Part shown: piece by piece, positions 26,701 through 39,939 of the stretch
How the letters are laid out: each line of letters begins with the position of its first letter
Position numbering within the stretch: the stretch's first letter is position 1
NCBI GenBank assembly: GCA_038496445.1
Contig: JALMLS010000354.1
Location: 186,001-250,000, forward strand
Length of the DNA stretch: 64,000 nt
DNA from: Trichosphaerium sp. ATCC 40318
Lineage: Eukaryota; Protista; Tubulinea
Reading direction: 5' to 3'
Program-made: the position numbers and the translations under genes
The notes under the pieces: model-generated
Databases searched by the model: none
The model's input: only the letters and a program-made list of their open reading frames with translations
What the model was told of the DNA's origin: nothing

Positions 26701-27133
26701 AATTTTAATTATGCATTGTCCTTACTTGTAGCGCATAGCCAAAGCGATTATTGTAAGTCGTCAAAATATCAGCTATTTTTTTAAATTCGGCGTTTTCTGG
26801 ATCTAATAGCTTCTCTGCTATCACTACTACTACCTAAGATGCTTAAGAATAATTAAAGAACCTTTGTAACAGTACTTGTTTTCTAACGCGCGCAATCACT
26901 TCTTCAGTGTTTTTTACGCTTCTACATTCTATTTAAGTGCGTATTGGAAGTAGGACAACGCACTCTAAATCATTTGGTGATAATAAAGTGACTTTTGATA
27001 ATTCCGCTACAGTGTAGTCCAAAGTAGAATAACTTATTGTGGCTGTAATGTTTACGGCTTCTCCAAGTTTTTTAAACAAGCTCGATGTCCAAGTGAGTAA
27101 AGTTGTTGCATTAGTATCTACCTTCGCTGACAT
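23753..27133 (-). CDS. Large multi-exon hypothetical protein, helical/HEAT-like character
   Basis: Chain of minus-strand exon ORFs (26416, 26158, 25859, 25605, 24503, 23867) with splice signals; ends ...PPKEASK*; divergent from TOP2. Confidence 0.55.
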
Positions 27134-27223
27134 GGCTCTAAATTGAGTTCAGCGGATTTTACACATACTCTTAAGGCAGTTTGATTAAGTTGTTGTAAAA
27201 CAATACTTTGTACTTCATCAACC

Positions 27224-30200
27224 ATGTCAGACTCAGAAGGCTCAGCTTTTGACAGCCCGAGCGTGAGTGAAGACGACTTTTCCTTCGGGAAACCTCTCAG
27301 TTCAAGAGAAAACACTCCGACCAAACCCAAACCGGTACATTGCCGTCCTGTAGGCATACCACTTACTCAAGCATCAGGTTGCTCGCAAAAAAACGCAAAC
27401 GAAGCTGACAAGAAAGGCGCCAACATCAAAAACAGCTAAAGTATTGTTTCTATACCTGGTGCGCTCTAACAATGCTAGGAAAACAAGCAGCCAATCAAAA
27501 AAGCAACCAAAAAACCGCCTGCAAAAAAGCGCGGTAAAACTGGTGAAAAAACAGCCTCGGAACGCTATGGAATGCTTGATCCGCGCGAGCATGTACTACA
27601 CAGACCTGATATGTACATTGGTATGTAGAATTGAAGTAATCTACAAAATAACACGAAAAAGGCTCTACGACACTCATTGAAGATAAACTATGGCTTGTGG
27701 ATGACGCCGATAGAAAAAACATCAAGTACGTTGACATAAATTTAACGTTCAAACAAACTGACGTTCAACTACAGAGTAGAACTAACAGATGTCACGTACT
27801 CTCCTGGTTTATTCAAAATATTTGATGAAATACTTGTAAACGCAGCAGATCACTACCAACGCGATAATACACTTAAAAACATCAAAGTAACAATCAATGA
27901 AGAGACAGGATCAATTTCTGTGTGGAATGACGGACAAGGTAACGATTGAACTCGAGATTTCTTGAAAACAAAAAAAAAAGAAACTGTATCTTTTTTTCTC
28001 AATTACCCTTCCAGGAATTCCTGTTGAGATGCATGATGAGCATGATATGTATATACCAGAAATGATATTCGGTCACATGAACGCAGGTGAAAATTTCAAT
28101 GATGACGAAGAGCGTGTAACCGGTACATTTAGATTACTTTAATATTATTCAAAAAACCTTTTGTTTTACCGCCAAAATTTTACTGACTTGTGCACAAGGT
28201 GGTCGTAACGGTCTTGGTGCTAAACTCGCTAATATATACAGGTACGCTAGGAGGAAATAAAATTACAATTTATCAATGTTTTGACATGTTGACAGTCTTT
28301 TTTTTGAACTTCGTTTTTATGTTTTCTTGTAATTCGTCTCCCGCCTTTTTTTTGCTCGTGTAGCTGTTCTTGCTTACGTGATGTGTAGTACTGAGTTTAT
28401 TGTCGAAACTGTTGATGCCAGTAAAGCCAAGAAATTCAAACAAACATACACAAACAACATGGCTGATAAGACGAATCCAAAGATTACCAGTTTCACAAAG
28501 AAATCATACACACAAATTACATTCAAGCCAGATTATAAACGTTTCAATGTACAAGGCCTTGATCAAACTCACTTGAAGATCTTAAAGACACGCGTTTACG
28601 AAGTAGCTGGTATGTTGTTTACGCGGTTTACTCGTTTTTTACTATGAAGTCTAACGGTTTGTTTGAAGGCTGTAACTCTGAATTGGGTGTTTTCTTGAAC
28701 GGCAAAAAGATTTTGTTTCGTTCATTTTCTGACTACGTCAAACTCTTTACTCAAGATGATGGTGCTACCGTCTATGGTCCAGAAATAACACTAAAAAGTG
28801 GAGGAAAAAGGTACATTTAGTGTTTTTGGTGTTGCTTTTCAGTAGTTGACTTTAAACTGTGTAGATGGGAAGTATGTGTTGCTTTAAACAGCACTGGTGC
28901 ATTCCGTCAAGTATCGTTTGTAAACTCAATTCGTACTTCACGAGGAGGAAACCACGTTAAGCATGTTGCAGATGCTATCATAAAGCACTTGACACCTATC
29001 ATTAAGAGAAAGAACTCAGCTTCTACAATCAAAGGAGCACAGGTTAGTATGAAGATAACAAAGTGGTTTGCTGATAGTGTTTTGTAGATCAAGAATCAAA
29101 TGTTTTTGTTCGTAAATTGTCTCATTGTCAACCCTGAGTTCGATGGACAGACTAAAGAAACACTTAAGACAACAGTTGGTAAATTTGGATCCCGTTGTAA
29201 GCTCGGAGAGCCATTCCTTAAGAAATGTACGCAAATTGAAGTGTTTACTTTTCTTGTACTAACTTTTTTTTTTAAAGTCGCCAAATCTGGCATTGTTGAT
29301 CAAGTTCTTCGTTGGGCTGACTTTAAGTCTAAAGAACAATTGCGCAAGCGCGGTGGTGTTCGTAAAAAGAGCCGTCTCACTGGAATAGTCAAACTTGATG
29401 ATGCGAATCAAGCTGGTACTAGAAATGCAGCTAAATGTACTTTGATCTTAACAGAGGGAGATTCTGCTAAGGTGTGTAGAGCTCTACAATTTTTTATTCT
29501 TGGTTTCTCACCTCGGTTTACTTAGTCTACAGCCTTGTCTGGCTTGGAAATCACTGGCAGAGACTATTATGGTGTTTTCCCTTTGAAGGGTAAACTGCTT
29601 AATGTTCGTGGCGAAAAAGTTCAGAAAGTTATCGCCAACAAAGAGATTCAAGAAGTTGAAAAAATTATTGGTCTAAAACATGGTCAAAAATACGATAATA
29701 CAAAAAGCCTTCGTTATGGTAGTATCATGATAATGTACGTTGTGTTATTGAGTTTGAGTAAATTTGCTTTTAGTGTTCTTGTTTAGAAATCCTAATGTGT
29801 ACTTCTAGGGCTGATCAAGATCACGACGGATCTCATATTAAGGGTCTTGTTATCAACTTTATACACAACTTTTGGCCTGAGTTGCTTAAAATTCCAAACT
29901 TCCTCACTGAATTTATCACGCCTATCGTCAAGGCACGAATAGCGTGCATATTAGAACTGGTTTTTAACCATTTTGTTTGTTTAGGTTCGTAAAGGCAATA
30001 CTGAGATTCCTTTCTTTACTGTCCCAGAGTATGAGACTTGGAAGAAAGCTCATCAGAATGATAAAGGGTGGCATATCAAATACTACAAAGGTTTGGGTGC
30101 ATCCGATGCTTCAGAGGCTAAGGAGTACTTTTCTGACCTTCGTAGACATAAAATCTCGTTTAAACCGAACAGTACGGCTATTTTAATCATTCTTGACTAT

Positions 30201-33200
30201 TTCCTAACCTCCGCGTAGCTCCTGAGGATGATAGAGCAATAGATTTGGCTTTTGATAAGAACAAATCATCTGACAGGAAGGAATGGTTGCTTGGTTTTGA
30301 GCCTGGCACGTATCTAGATATGAACGTACAAAAAATCAGGATTAAGGAGTTCATTGATAAGGAGCTCATCCTTGTGCGTGTTTTAAAGTGTTTTACCTTT
30401 TAAGCTTGTCTTTCTAACACTTTGAGTCTAGTTCTCGCGTGCTGATTGCCTGCGATCTATTCCATCCCTAGTGGACGGATTTAAACCTGGTCAACGCAAA
30501 GTGTTGTTTTGCTGCTTTAAGCGTAAACTTACGCGTGAAGTAAAAGTAGCCCAGCTTTCTGGTTATGTCAGTGAGCACAGTGCGTACCATCATGGTGAAG
30601 CTTCGCTTCATGGTACTATCATTCATCTTGCACAAAACTTTGTTGGATCCAATAACATTAACCTGTTGCATCCAAATGGTCAATTCGGCAGTAGACGTCA
30701 GGTATTTGTTTGATTCTTTGCTGTTTTTATTTCTTATGCCTTTAAAGGGTGGTAAGGATGCGTCAAGTCCGCGTTATATCCATACAGAGTTATCAGAGCT
30801 TGCTAGAACGATTTTCCGTACTGAAGATGCTGAGGTTCTGGATTACCTTATTGAAGATGGTAAATATATTGAGCCTAATTGGTATATGCCTATTGTTCCT
30901 ATGATACTTGTAAATGGATCTATTGGTATTGGAACTGGTTGGAGTTGTGCTATTCCACCTTATAATCCAAAGGATATTGTAGCCAACATTCGGTGCGTTT
31001 GATGTTTCTTTTTTTGGTTTTTTCCCTTCGTTCTCTCTTGGTTGCAACTTTTATCTGAGTGTTCTGTTTAGTAACTTGATCGATGGTCAAGAGCTAGTAA
31101 AGATGGAACCGTGGTTCCGTGGTTTCCAAGGAAGCATAGAGTGGGTGGAAGCAAAGCAACACTACCTTATTAAGTGCGGTTTTTTTTTTTTTTTTTCAGT
31201 GCTAACAAAATAACTAAGGGGTGTTTTCGAGCGCATTGGTGATGATATGATTGAGATTACTGAGCTACCTATTCGTAAGTGGACCCAGGATTATAAAAAG
31301 TTCCTTGAAACCAAGATCGAAGCTGGCGAGAAGGCTAAGACCCCACTTGTTAAGGACTACACTGAGCATCATACTGATACTAGAAGTAAGAAAATATCGA
31401 GAAAAAATTTTGGGGTTTTTTTTGCTTGCAACTAACACTTTTTTTTTAGTTAAATTCAGAATTACATCACCTCAATCAGCTACAATGAGTGATGCTGAGA
31501 TTTTAAAGACATTCAGGTTAACAACAACACTTGGATTGGGTAATCTTCACATGTTTGATGCTCAAGGCAAGATTAAGAAGTTCTCGAGCGCTAATGAGAT
31601 ATTGGAAACGTTCTATCACATACGTTTAAAGTATTATCATAAGCGCAAAGTACGTATAATGTTATAACGTTTTCACGAATACTCAAAAGAAGTGGAGAAA
31701 ACCACAACGTTTTTCTTTCTTTTTTTTCTTGATTTTTTTGAAGAGATCCTTGTCTCTTTTTGGTATTGCTACCTCCCTTCATGGTTGTTCTTGTTTGTTT
31801 ACTTTTTTCAAGGCCTACCTCATTGGAGAGTTGGAGCGAGAAGCAAGCAAGCTCGAAAATCAAGTACGGTTCATCTTGGCCGTATGCAACAAGGAGATTA
31901 TTATTTCCAATAAGAAGAAGCAACAAATATTGAACAAGTTGATTTCTATGAAGTTTGGAAGGTTCCCTCCAATACAAAAGAGAAAGAACGAAGTACCTGA
32001 TCCAGAAGAAGTTGCAGACGAGGAAGAAGAAGGTAATAGCTGTGCTTGAGCAACAAAGAAGAAAACCTCTGAACTCTTTTTTTTTTTTTGGCGTTTGAAG
32101 TTTTTTTCTGATTGTTTCTTTAGAACTTGTCGAAAACGACTCAAAGGATTTTAACTACCTCCTATCGATGTCTTTATGGTCTCTAACAAAAGAGCGTGTC
32201 GATAAACTGAAAGCTCAACTCGAGAAAAAGCGTAATGAAATTGATGTCCTACAATCAACACCACCTAAACAAATGTGGGATAACGATCTTGAAGTATTTA
32301 GCCTAGCCTTTAATGAACATGAACAAATCATGCGTGAAGCTGATGAAGCAGCTAAACTAAGTAAGTACCCCGCCGCCCCTCACACATCTTTGATAGTTCT
32401 GTGTGTTGTCTAACTTGTTTGTTTCAAACAGGTAAGAAGAAGAATAAGAAGTTTAAGAGAAAGTTTAAGAGAGTCAAAGTTCAATGGGATGCCAAGCCTG
32501 CGAAGAGAACTTTTGATCCTTCGAGAGCTAGAAAAGAGAAGAAACCTGATATAAAGAAAGAGGATGGTATGGATATTTCTGAGTCGTCTGATGATGAGGA
32601 TATGACTGAGTTTAAAAAAGCTACCAAGTCATCATCGACTAATGGAAAGTCTACTGCGGCAAAACCTAAGGCTAGAGCCAAACCTGCTTTCAGCAGTAGT
32701 GAGGATGAGTCTATTTCTGATGTGTCTGATAAGATGTCTATCGAGGAGACAAAGCCAAAACCGAAACCTAAACCGAGAGCAAAGGCTCCTGCACGTAAAA
32801 AACCAGTTGCCAAGCCAAAGGCTAAGAAACAAACGAAGCTCAATCTGGGAAAGCGTAAGCTCTTCTCAGCATCTAAACAGGATTTGGAAGACGACTCAAT
32901 TGAAGACCTTAAACCAAGTACGTTATTTACGATACCTTGATTGAATTGAATAATTTTCTTCAACACGTGTTAGTCAAGACTAACTTTCTTTTTTTTTAGA
33001 ACCTAAACGCGCTCGTACTACTGCAGTTTCTTTGTTAACATCTGACGATGAAGCATCTTCCTCTAGTGAAGAACAGGTTGTTAGACAGCAAGTAGCAAAA
33101 CGTAGTGGAATAAGAAAAAAGGTTCGTTGATTTTTTTTTTCATGAATTTTTTTAGCTATCGAACTTTCTTCCTATCTTGGTTGTGTCTCGTGTTTTTTTG

Positions 33201-33636
33201 TTTATTATTTCTTTAGGCGCCTCCTAAACAACGTACTTCTTCAAGCGAAGATGAAGAAGAAGAGTCTCCAATAAAGCGTAAGCCTGTAGCAAAGAGAGTC
33301 GCAGTCAGAAGGAAAGCTCCTACGCCAAAAAAAAAGGCACCTCCAAAAAAGAAGGTCGTGGCAAAGAAGCCTGTTAAGAAACCTACAAGAAAAGCTGTGC
33401 TTGATGCGTCTTTATCATCCTCTGAAGAAGAGTCTCCTGTAAAAAGAGCTTCTCGTCGTCCTGCACGTCGTGCTGCTGTAAAGTCTTCAAATTATGATAG
33501 TGCTCCTCTTGATTTATCTAGTGATAGCTCTGGAGAGGAGTTTGCTGTTGGAAGCGATGATGAAGAAGAAAACGATTTTAGTTTATCTGTATCTTCTTCT
33601 GACTCGGCATCTGATTTTTCAGCCATGTCTGAATAA
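27224..33636 (+). CDS. TOP2: DNA topoisomerase II
   Basis: EHVLHRPDMYIG, KIFDEILVNAAD, GGRNGLGAK, LILTEGDSA, PLKGKLLN, DQDHDGSHIKG, YYKGLG, DGFKPGQRK, catalytic SPRYI, Lys/Ser/acid-rich C-terminal tail. Confidence 0.98.
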
Positions 33637-34273
33637 AGGCCTTTAAATAAAATTGTAAAAGTAGAAAACATTCCAGTTCTGTACTATCACAATTGCTTGT
33701 ATAGCAAATACATCGCCAATGCTGTCAATCACCATTTGCTCCAATGGAAATGGTTTATTCATAGTAGCGTCTACAAGAACAGTCAAGGAAACTATTATTG
33801 GACAACAGGTAGTTTTGTAAAAACCCACTGAGATAAACATGATACAGCGAAAATAAAAGTCATTTTTATTCCAATACGACGGATGTTTCACGGTTTTTTT
33901 TTTGCTCTTCGTATTCTAAAGTACTATTCTATACGCTTACATCTTCAAGATGTATAACATTCTTGTACACGTGTGCAATTCAATAATCTAACAATGTTTT
34001 ATTTTGGCATTAAATAAGTGTGGCTAAAGGAGAAATAGCAAAAAAACTTTGCGTGCAACGCTATGACAAAGACTGTGAACAAACAACTTACAATGTTATG
34101 AAAGGACTAGTTATTGTCTTGCAAAGGCAAACTGTACAGAATAACCTGGCACGCATACAATACGATCAAGGAACAGAAAACCAAAGCAAACAACTACAAT
34201 TTTCTCAGTTTCGAAATGGAAATTGGAGCATTTGAGGAAGTCTTATCTCTTTATTGTTTTTTTTTTCAACCCA

Positions 34274-37200
34274 CTACTTTCTACGTAGCTGGAACCAGTT
34301 GATATTAAACGAAGGACCTTGCATCACTAGTTTAACTTTATGTTTTCCACCAGAGATTAAATCTACATTTGAGGCTACTGGTCGTTGTTTAAGTGGGAAC
34401 GCTCTTGACGTCTTCCAAGTTTGCCAACCTCCAGTAGTTCCAAACTCGATGTTACCCCAAAGTTTGTTATCAATGAAGACTTTAATCGAATGATCCATAG
34501 ACCTCGCTGATGCGTATCTAACCAAGACTTCATATCTTCCAGGCAAAAAGTCAACATCGTATTCCAAGTATTCTCCTTTGTATACATAGCCTACATTACA
34601 ACCACCGTCCCTATCAGTTGTGCGTTCCAAATCTACCTGAGCTTTTCCAGGTACAACTTTTCCACACTTTGCGCGTCCTAAACACGTGTCAATCGAGTAA
34701 TTTTTTGTGTCAAAAAAAACTGTTTTACCTAGGTTCGCTTCTGTAGTATCAAAAAAGTTCGTGTATGCTTCAGCTTCTATTTTAGATGGGGCTTTAAGTC
34801 CCATTTTAGATGGAGCTTTAACTCCCGTTTTAGATGGGGCTTTAATTACTTTCGCAATAGGTTGAAGTGTTGGACTTTCAGTGATTGACTTAACGTGTTC
34901 AAAAGGGTTAGGAACAGGAATACCGCACTGGGTGCACGGTGAAACAAAGTTCCATCTTGGTATTATTTGCCTGTTAGAGTTCTCTCTACGACTGACACAG
35001 CTAATACATCTATCTCTGTATATTGCTGGTATCACTAAAAGATCAATAGGTGGAGTTGAAGGGCCAAAGCCTGAAGGAGCAGTCTTTTGTAGATAAGTTG
35101 TCAAGAACATTGGATCATGTGGATCAGTTGTTGTAACGAAGGAACCAAGTGTATCAGTTGCGTCACGTGCTTGAACAGCGTAACATAATAAAGTCCTTGG
35201 GTTCCTGCCATGACGTTCTTTTAAAGTGTCACATTCTTTAGGAAGCAAACTGATGTATTTATCATATGCTGTTTTGATTTTTGCTGGTGCTACAACAATA
35301 CCTGTACACAATTTAACACGTGTGCAAATATCAATACACGGTTGAGCATTGTTATTAGCAATGAATTGACATTTACCAATAACTTTTTTGTATCCTGGTG
35401 TGAACGCATGATCAACACGTCTAGAAGGAAGAAAAAAGTAAGAAAAAAAAAGTCAGGAAATAAAAAAAAAGTCAATGTTCGTGAGAGACTAAAAAAAAGC
35501 CGTACTCGTAAGTTATTGAGTTGCTTGGTTGTGTAGGTGTATTAGAATAATCAGGTGTTGGTACACCTTTAGGCCACTGATTATAGTTTGTTCCTTTTGT
35601 ACCATAGATGTTTTTTACTTGTTCATCTTTGTAGTCAACATGAATACAATCATAGTATCCATTCCAGTTGTAAGCAACAACATAACGACCAAAATCAGAA
35701 CCAGGAGGTATCATAAGTTCAGCAACATCGTTATCTGCTGGCCTGTGAGTTGACTTCATAGTATACTTGTATACAGCAACAATATCTGGGTACTTAGAGC
35801 TCTTGTATGCAACATACTTGTTGCCTGCAATATCAGCAGCATTGTACTCATATAACCTGTACACTGACTGCTTCAAGTTCTTCATTTTGATATTTCTCTT
35901 ATTCGCAAAAGAGTCTCTAAGATACATAGGATCACCTGGCATGATTTCGCGCTTGTATGTTCCCGGGTTCGCATTGTAGTTTGTGATCAACCTAAACAGA
36001 GGCTTTGCACTGAGTTTTGCGCTCTCTGGAGCATCATTGAGGTATTGTTCGTAGTCTGATCGGTTGAACTTTGCAAGTTCATCCAGAGAGTCTACTGGGA
36101 CGATAGCAAAGAAAACTGAGTGTTTACCAGCGTGTCCTAATGACCACTCGACTTCAAACCGTTGGTTTGGACCGACTTGTATGTTAGGTGCGTTTCCGAC
36201 TTTTGTTGGACAAGGTTTTTGTGTTGAAGCTCTTCCTTGTGAGGTCGAAGGAGAACCGACCCAGTTGTGAGCGTTTACAGTTGTCAAAATGATTGTCAAC
36301 GTAAGTACGCCGACCAACATGAACGAAATGTTCATTTGGGACCCTTTCCCGCTTGTTTTCGGAACAAGGAGAGACACCAATAGCACTAACGCAATCAAAG
36401 CAACGCTAGTATAAAAATAAGGAACCGAAACAAAAAAGAAAAAAAAAAGATCGAGTTCTCCAAACACGTGCCTTTGAGAGTTTGAAGAGGCGCTATTGGT
36501 AATTTGTGTCTTGACTATTTGGGTGGTGGTTTCGTCTTTTGTTGTAGTTGAATCAACGCTACGCTTAGGGGCAGAAGTACAGGCACAAATTGTTTGATGT
36601 GACCTGCTTCTAGCATTGCAATTGACTTCCTTTGCACAATTCTTCGGTTGATACAAGCAGTACTGTCCCTTTCTAAATGTTCCCAAAGGTGAACACGTGG
36701 ACAACGTCAAAGGCGAGCATATCAAGTCGTTTTGATCAACAACTTCAGACATCGCTTTAGCTGTGTTGATAGATTTCATCATAGCAGCGTTGCAAGTTTT
36801 TCCAACTTCTTTGCAAGTCCTTGTACAAGACTGACGCAGCTTAGATTCATACCACGTCTTTTCAACTTTACCAAGTTCATGCATTGTGTAATCACCTTTG
36901 ACGTTCGGATGGTAGAATGCTCCTGTGTTAGCAGGACCTTGTTTGATCAGAACACGGAAAAAAATCTGTCCGGTTCCAGCAGGAGGTGCCAAAAATTTAA
37001 AGTGTGCTACTAATGGCTTCACATCAGCGGATGTATGCGTTACAGAGTGTGAACATGAGTGTCCTGAATCTCCCCAAGGTTTTTGAAAGAATGCTAAGGA
37101 CAAGAATGCGTTAGGCAGGGCGCACGGAATGCAAAACGGGTTTCAACGGAAGAAAAAAACTAAAATATTAGAGCGTACCAGGAACTTCGTCCAAGAGCTT

Positions 37201-37774
37201 GATAGATCCAACTCTTTGTCCTTTAGTATCTTCAGCATACATGAGCATACCACGATACTATGTTTTAGTTAGCGATAGACGCTTGGTTCGGAAGGTAGAC
37301 GTGTGTACCTTCAAGTTGTAATTAACAACTTTAACAGTTAAAGTTTGAACACGATTTGGAGCGTAAGTCGTTGACGGATTGCTTTCTTTTCCAACGAATA
37401 CCCGTATACCATCAGTACGAACAGCTTTAGTTGCCCAAGACATAATAGCATCCTTATCTCTGCATTTGAGTCTATCTTCAACGCCATCGACAATCGGGTA
37501 CTATTTTAAAAAGATAAGCCTTCGTTCACCTCTTTTTGAGTCTCGTACCATTCCTTTCGGACATCCAAAGCCTTTATGAAGCGCATTGCAAATACTAGGG
37601 GTACCAGAGGAATTAGCGTCACAAAAGACGACAAAGAGAGTGAGTGTGATACAAACACATACGCCCTAACGGAGTAAGCAAAGTGAGCCAAGTTGTGCGC
37701 TTTAAAATAGCTATTGTAGTTTCCGTTTGACGCTAGCGTACAATATGTGATTGAAAGAAAGTGGATTCAACCAT
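34274..37774 (-). CDS. Secreted/membrane multidomain protein: Reeler, Cys-rich, two hydrophobic segments, His-brace LPMO-like, PAN-like, CBM6
   Basis: Reeler (YRGMLMYA, SVTHTSADVK, APPAGTGQIFFR); VNA-HNWVGSP...WSLGH...YNWNGYYDC; CBM6 (IEAEAY, GEYLEYDV, RYAS, TGGWQTW, FNINWF). 5' end uncertain (37774 or 37586). Confidence 0.75.
34780..34851 (-). repeat. Three imperfect 24-bp coding repeats (xxxKAPSK) before CBM6
   Basis: KVIKAPSK-TGVKAPSK-MGLKAPSK; ttttagatggrgcttta repeated three times on the plus strand. Confidence 0.85.
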
Positions 37775-38222
37775 CTAGGCTATGTGGTACGTGTTGTGTA
37801 AGTTTGTGTATTTAAGTCGAAAATACCCTAAAAAGGAAGGTACTCTTCTTGTTTTGATCTTCGCTAGTTGGCAGCGCTAAAAAAAAACATTTTCGATACA
37901 AAATTACGTTGCCGCATTACACCTTTCTTTAAATTCGAGTGATTTAGGGAAGTTTTTTCAAATATCCAAAAAATCGCTTCCTGCAGTTTTAGAAGAAGAT
38001 AATTTATTCAAAAACGTATATGTGCTGGGTTGCCGAAATTCCAGTATGTGTGGAAGTTCCAAAAAGTACAGTGTTAAAAGGTAGCTCAAGCGCAGTTTCA
38101 AACTTTTTCCAAAACCTTCTTTTCTGGGCGATCTCCTTATTTGCTTGTTGTCGCAGTATGATGCAAAGGTAACAAGCATTACCTCACTACCTAATACACA
38201 ATTGTATCGTGCAAAAAAAAAC

Positions 38223-38251
38223 CATGACACATGACACATGACATGTGTCAT
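38223..38251. repeat. CATGACA x3 ending in a perfect 10-bp inverted repeat
   Basis: atgacacatg-a-catgtgtcat at 38231-38251. Confidence 0.8.
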
Positions 38252-38390
38252 TCGACAAGAATGTACGTAAAAAAGAAAGAAAAAAAAAACAGCTTTTTGT
38301 TTAAGATTATTTTATTAGATAACTGCTACATACAACATAAATATAATGTGTCCCTTTCTTCCTATAAGGTACCCTTAAATATATAAAACA

Positions 38391-39584
38391 TTAAAACTTG
38401 AGCCATTTACGCTTCATAAAATAGTACAACCCTTGTTTGTTTGTAACATTAGTTATTCCAATCGTTCCTATTTTTTTCTTCCATTCTAATAATTTAAACC
38501 AATTATTACTTTGTAATCCTTTATCAATGCCTCGCTTTATATAATGATTCATAGCATCCTCAGGCCTGATATTTTTCGGTGCATTTAACAAGTCTGCGTA
38601 CTCCAAAGCATTAAACCATAGAGACGTCTGACGTTCCCATTGATCCTTACCTTGATGTCCGAAGTGAAGAATAGCTGTAAGATAATCTCCCTTTGCAATC
38701 TTGAGACTAGGATTGTTCGTGATATAGTACTCTGGATCAAACACATAAGAGCTTGTTAATCCCTTACGTATTCCAAACTTAAGCCAATGAGCTTTAGCTT
38801 CTTTAACAGTATTGACATTAGTCAATACATTAGCATTCATATAAACTTCAGGATCGAAAACCAACTTCAATAGCTTCGTATACATTGCATTAATAGCAAA
38901 AATGTCACCCTCTGAAAGAACTTTTGGACCCTCCTTACGTAAGACAATACGTCCCTTACCTGTTATACCAGGTTTAAATGGTTGTTCGACATAATGCATG
39001 ACGCTATCAAGATCATACGTTCCTAACCTGAATCCCCATTTAGGAACATCGTACTGCGACTTTAAGTGCTTTGGTATGTTCTGGTGATGTACGTTTATGA
39101 AGTCTCCACGGTCAGGCCGTCTGTGTTCGTGTAGGAGTCCAAGGGCATGTCCAAATTCGTGCAAGACAGTGCTCATCGTTACACAACCTCTACCGAGGTT
39201 TAAATTCTGGTTGGTGTTCACGCCGCGCCCCTGTAAGGAACTACATAATCGGGAGTGTTTGCCTGTTGGTTTAACCACTTCAACAAGATTTTGGATTGCC
39301 ATGACGTGTTTTGCTTGAAAAGGCACGAGAAACACATCAGTGTTATCATTGATGTGCTTTACAGCCGCTTTAATTACTGCTACCTCTGATTTGCTCTACA
39401 ATGCACTTAGATGGAAGAAAACGCATTAATTGCGCCGTACAAAGCTATTGGATATACTGTACGGTAGTATACCGCTTTGCCATCTGTGGTATGTATTTGC
39501 GACTACGAATCCTCGCTTTGCTCCCTGTATTGTATGTGCTAATAGTACAATGAAGCAGACCACATAGAGTAAGTGGCGCCACAT
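38391..39584 (-). CDS. Secreted astacin (M12A) zinc metalloprotease with C-terminal FDPEYY-type repeats
   Basis: Signal MWRHLLYVVCFIVLLAHTIQG; HEFGHALGLLHEHRRPDR; Met-turn YDLDSVMHY; one intron. Confidence 0.92.
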
Positions 39585-39939
39585 TAGGATTGTTCGCTCC
39601 TAATTAACAAAAAAGTCGCCAGAATTCCTGGACGCGTAGTTGGAAAACCTGAAAACTTCTAAAATACCACAAGAACGCATGCGGTATCGTTTACGCTTGT
39701 ACAGAGTTCAAGAAATACTAAATCAACTTGAGATGCATTACATCTCATACAAATCAAAGCGAAGCTATCAATTGAAGCGTCTAGACGTGCGATTAACTGA
39801 TTCGTAGACGAAAGAAGTGAGTGTAGTGAGTCTTTATTGTCAGCGGTCTTACAAGTCGTAGACAACAGTGTTTTTTTTGCTATCTTCAAGATCGGTATCC
39901 CTAGAACGACAAAAAACACTTAGCAAGCTGTACTGTTTA

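Noticed and set aside
32481-32966. 161-aa hydrophobic minus-strand ORF, and similar ORFs at 8304-8776 and 60419-60931
   Set aside because: Antisense shadows of real exons of TOP2, IGHMBP2 and the NHL gene.
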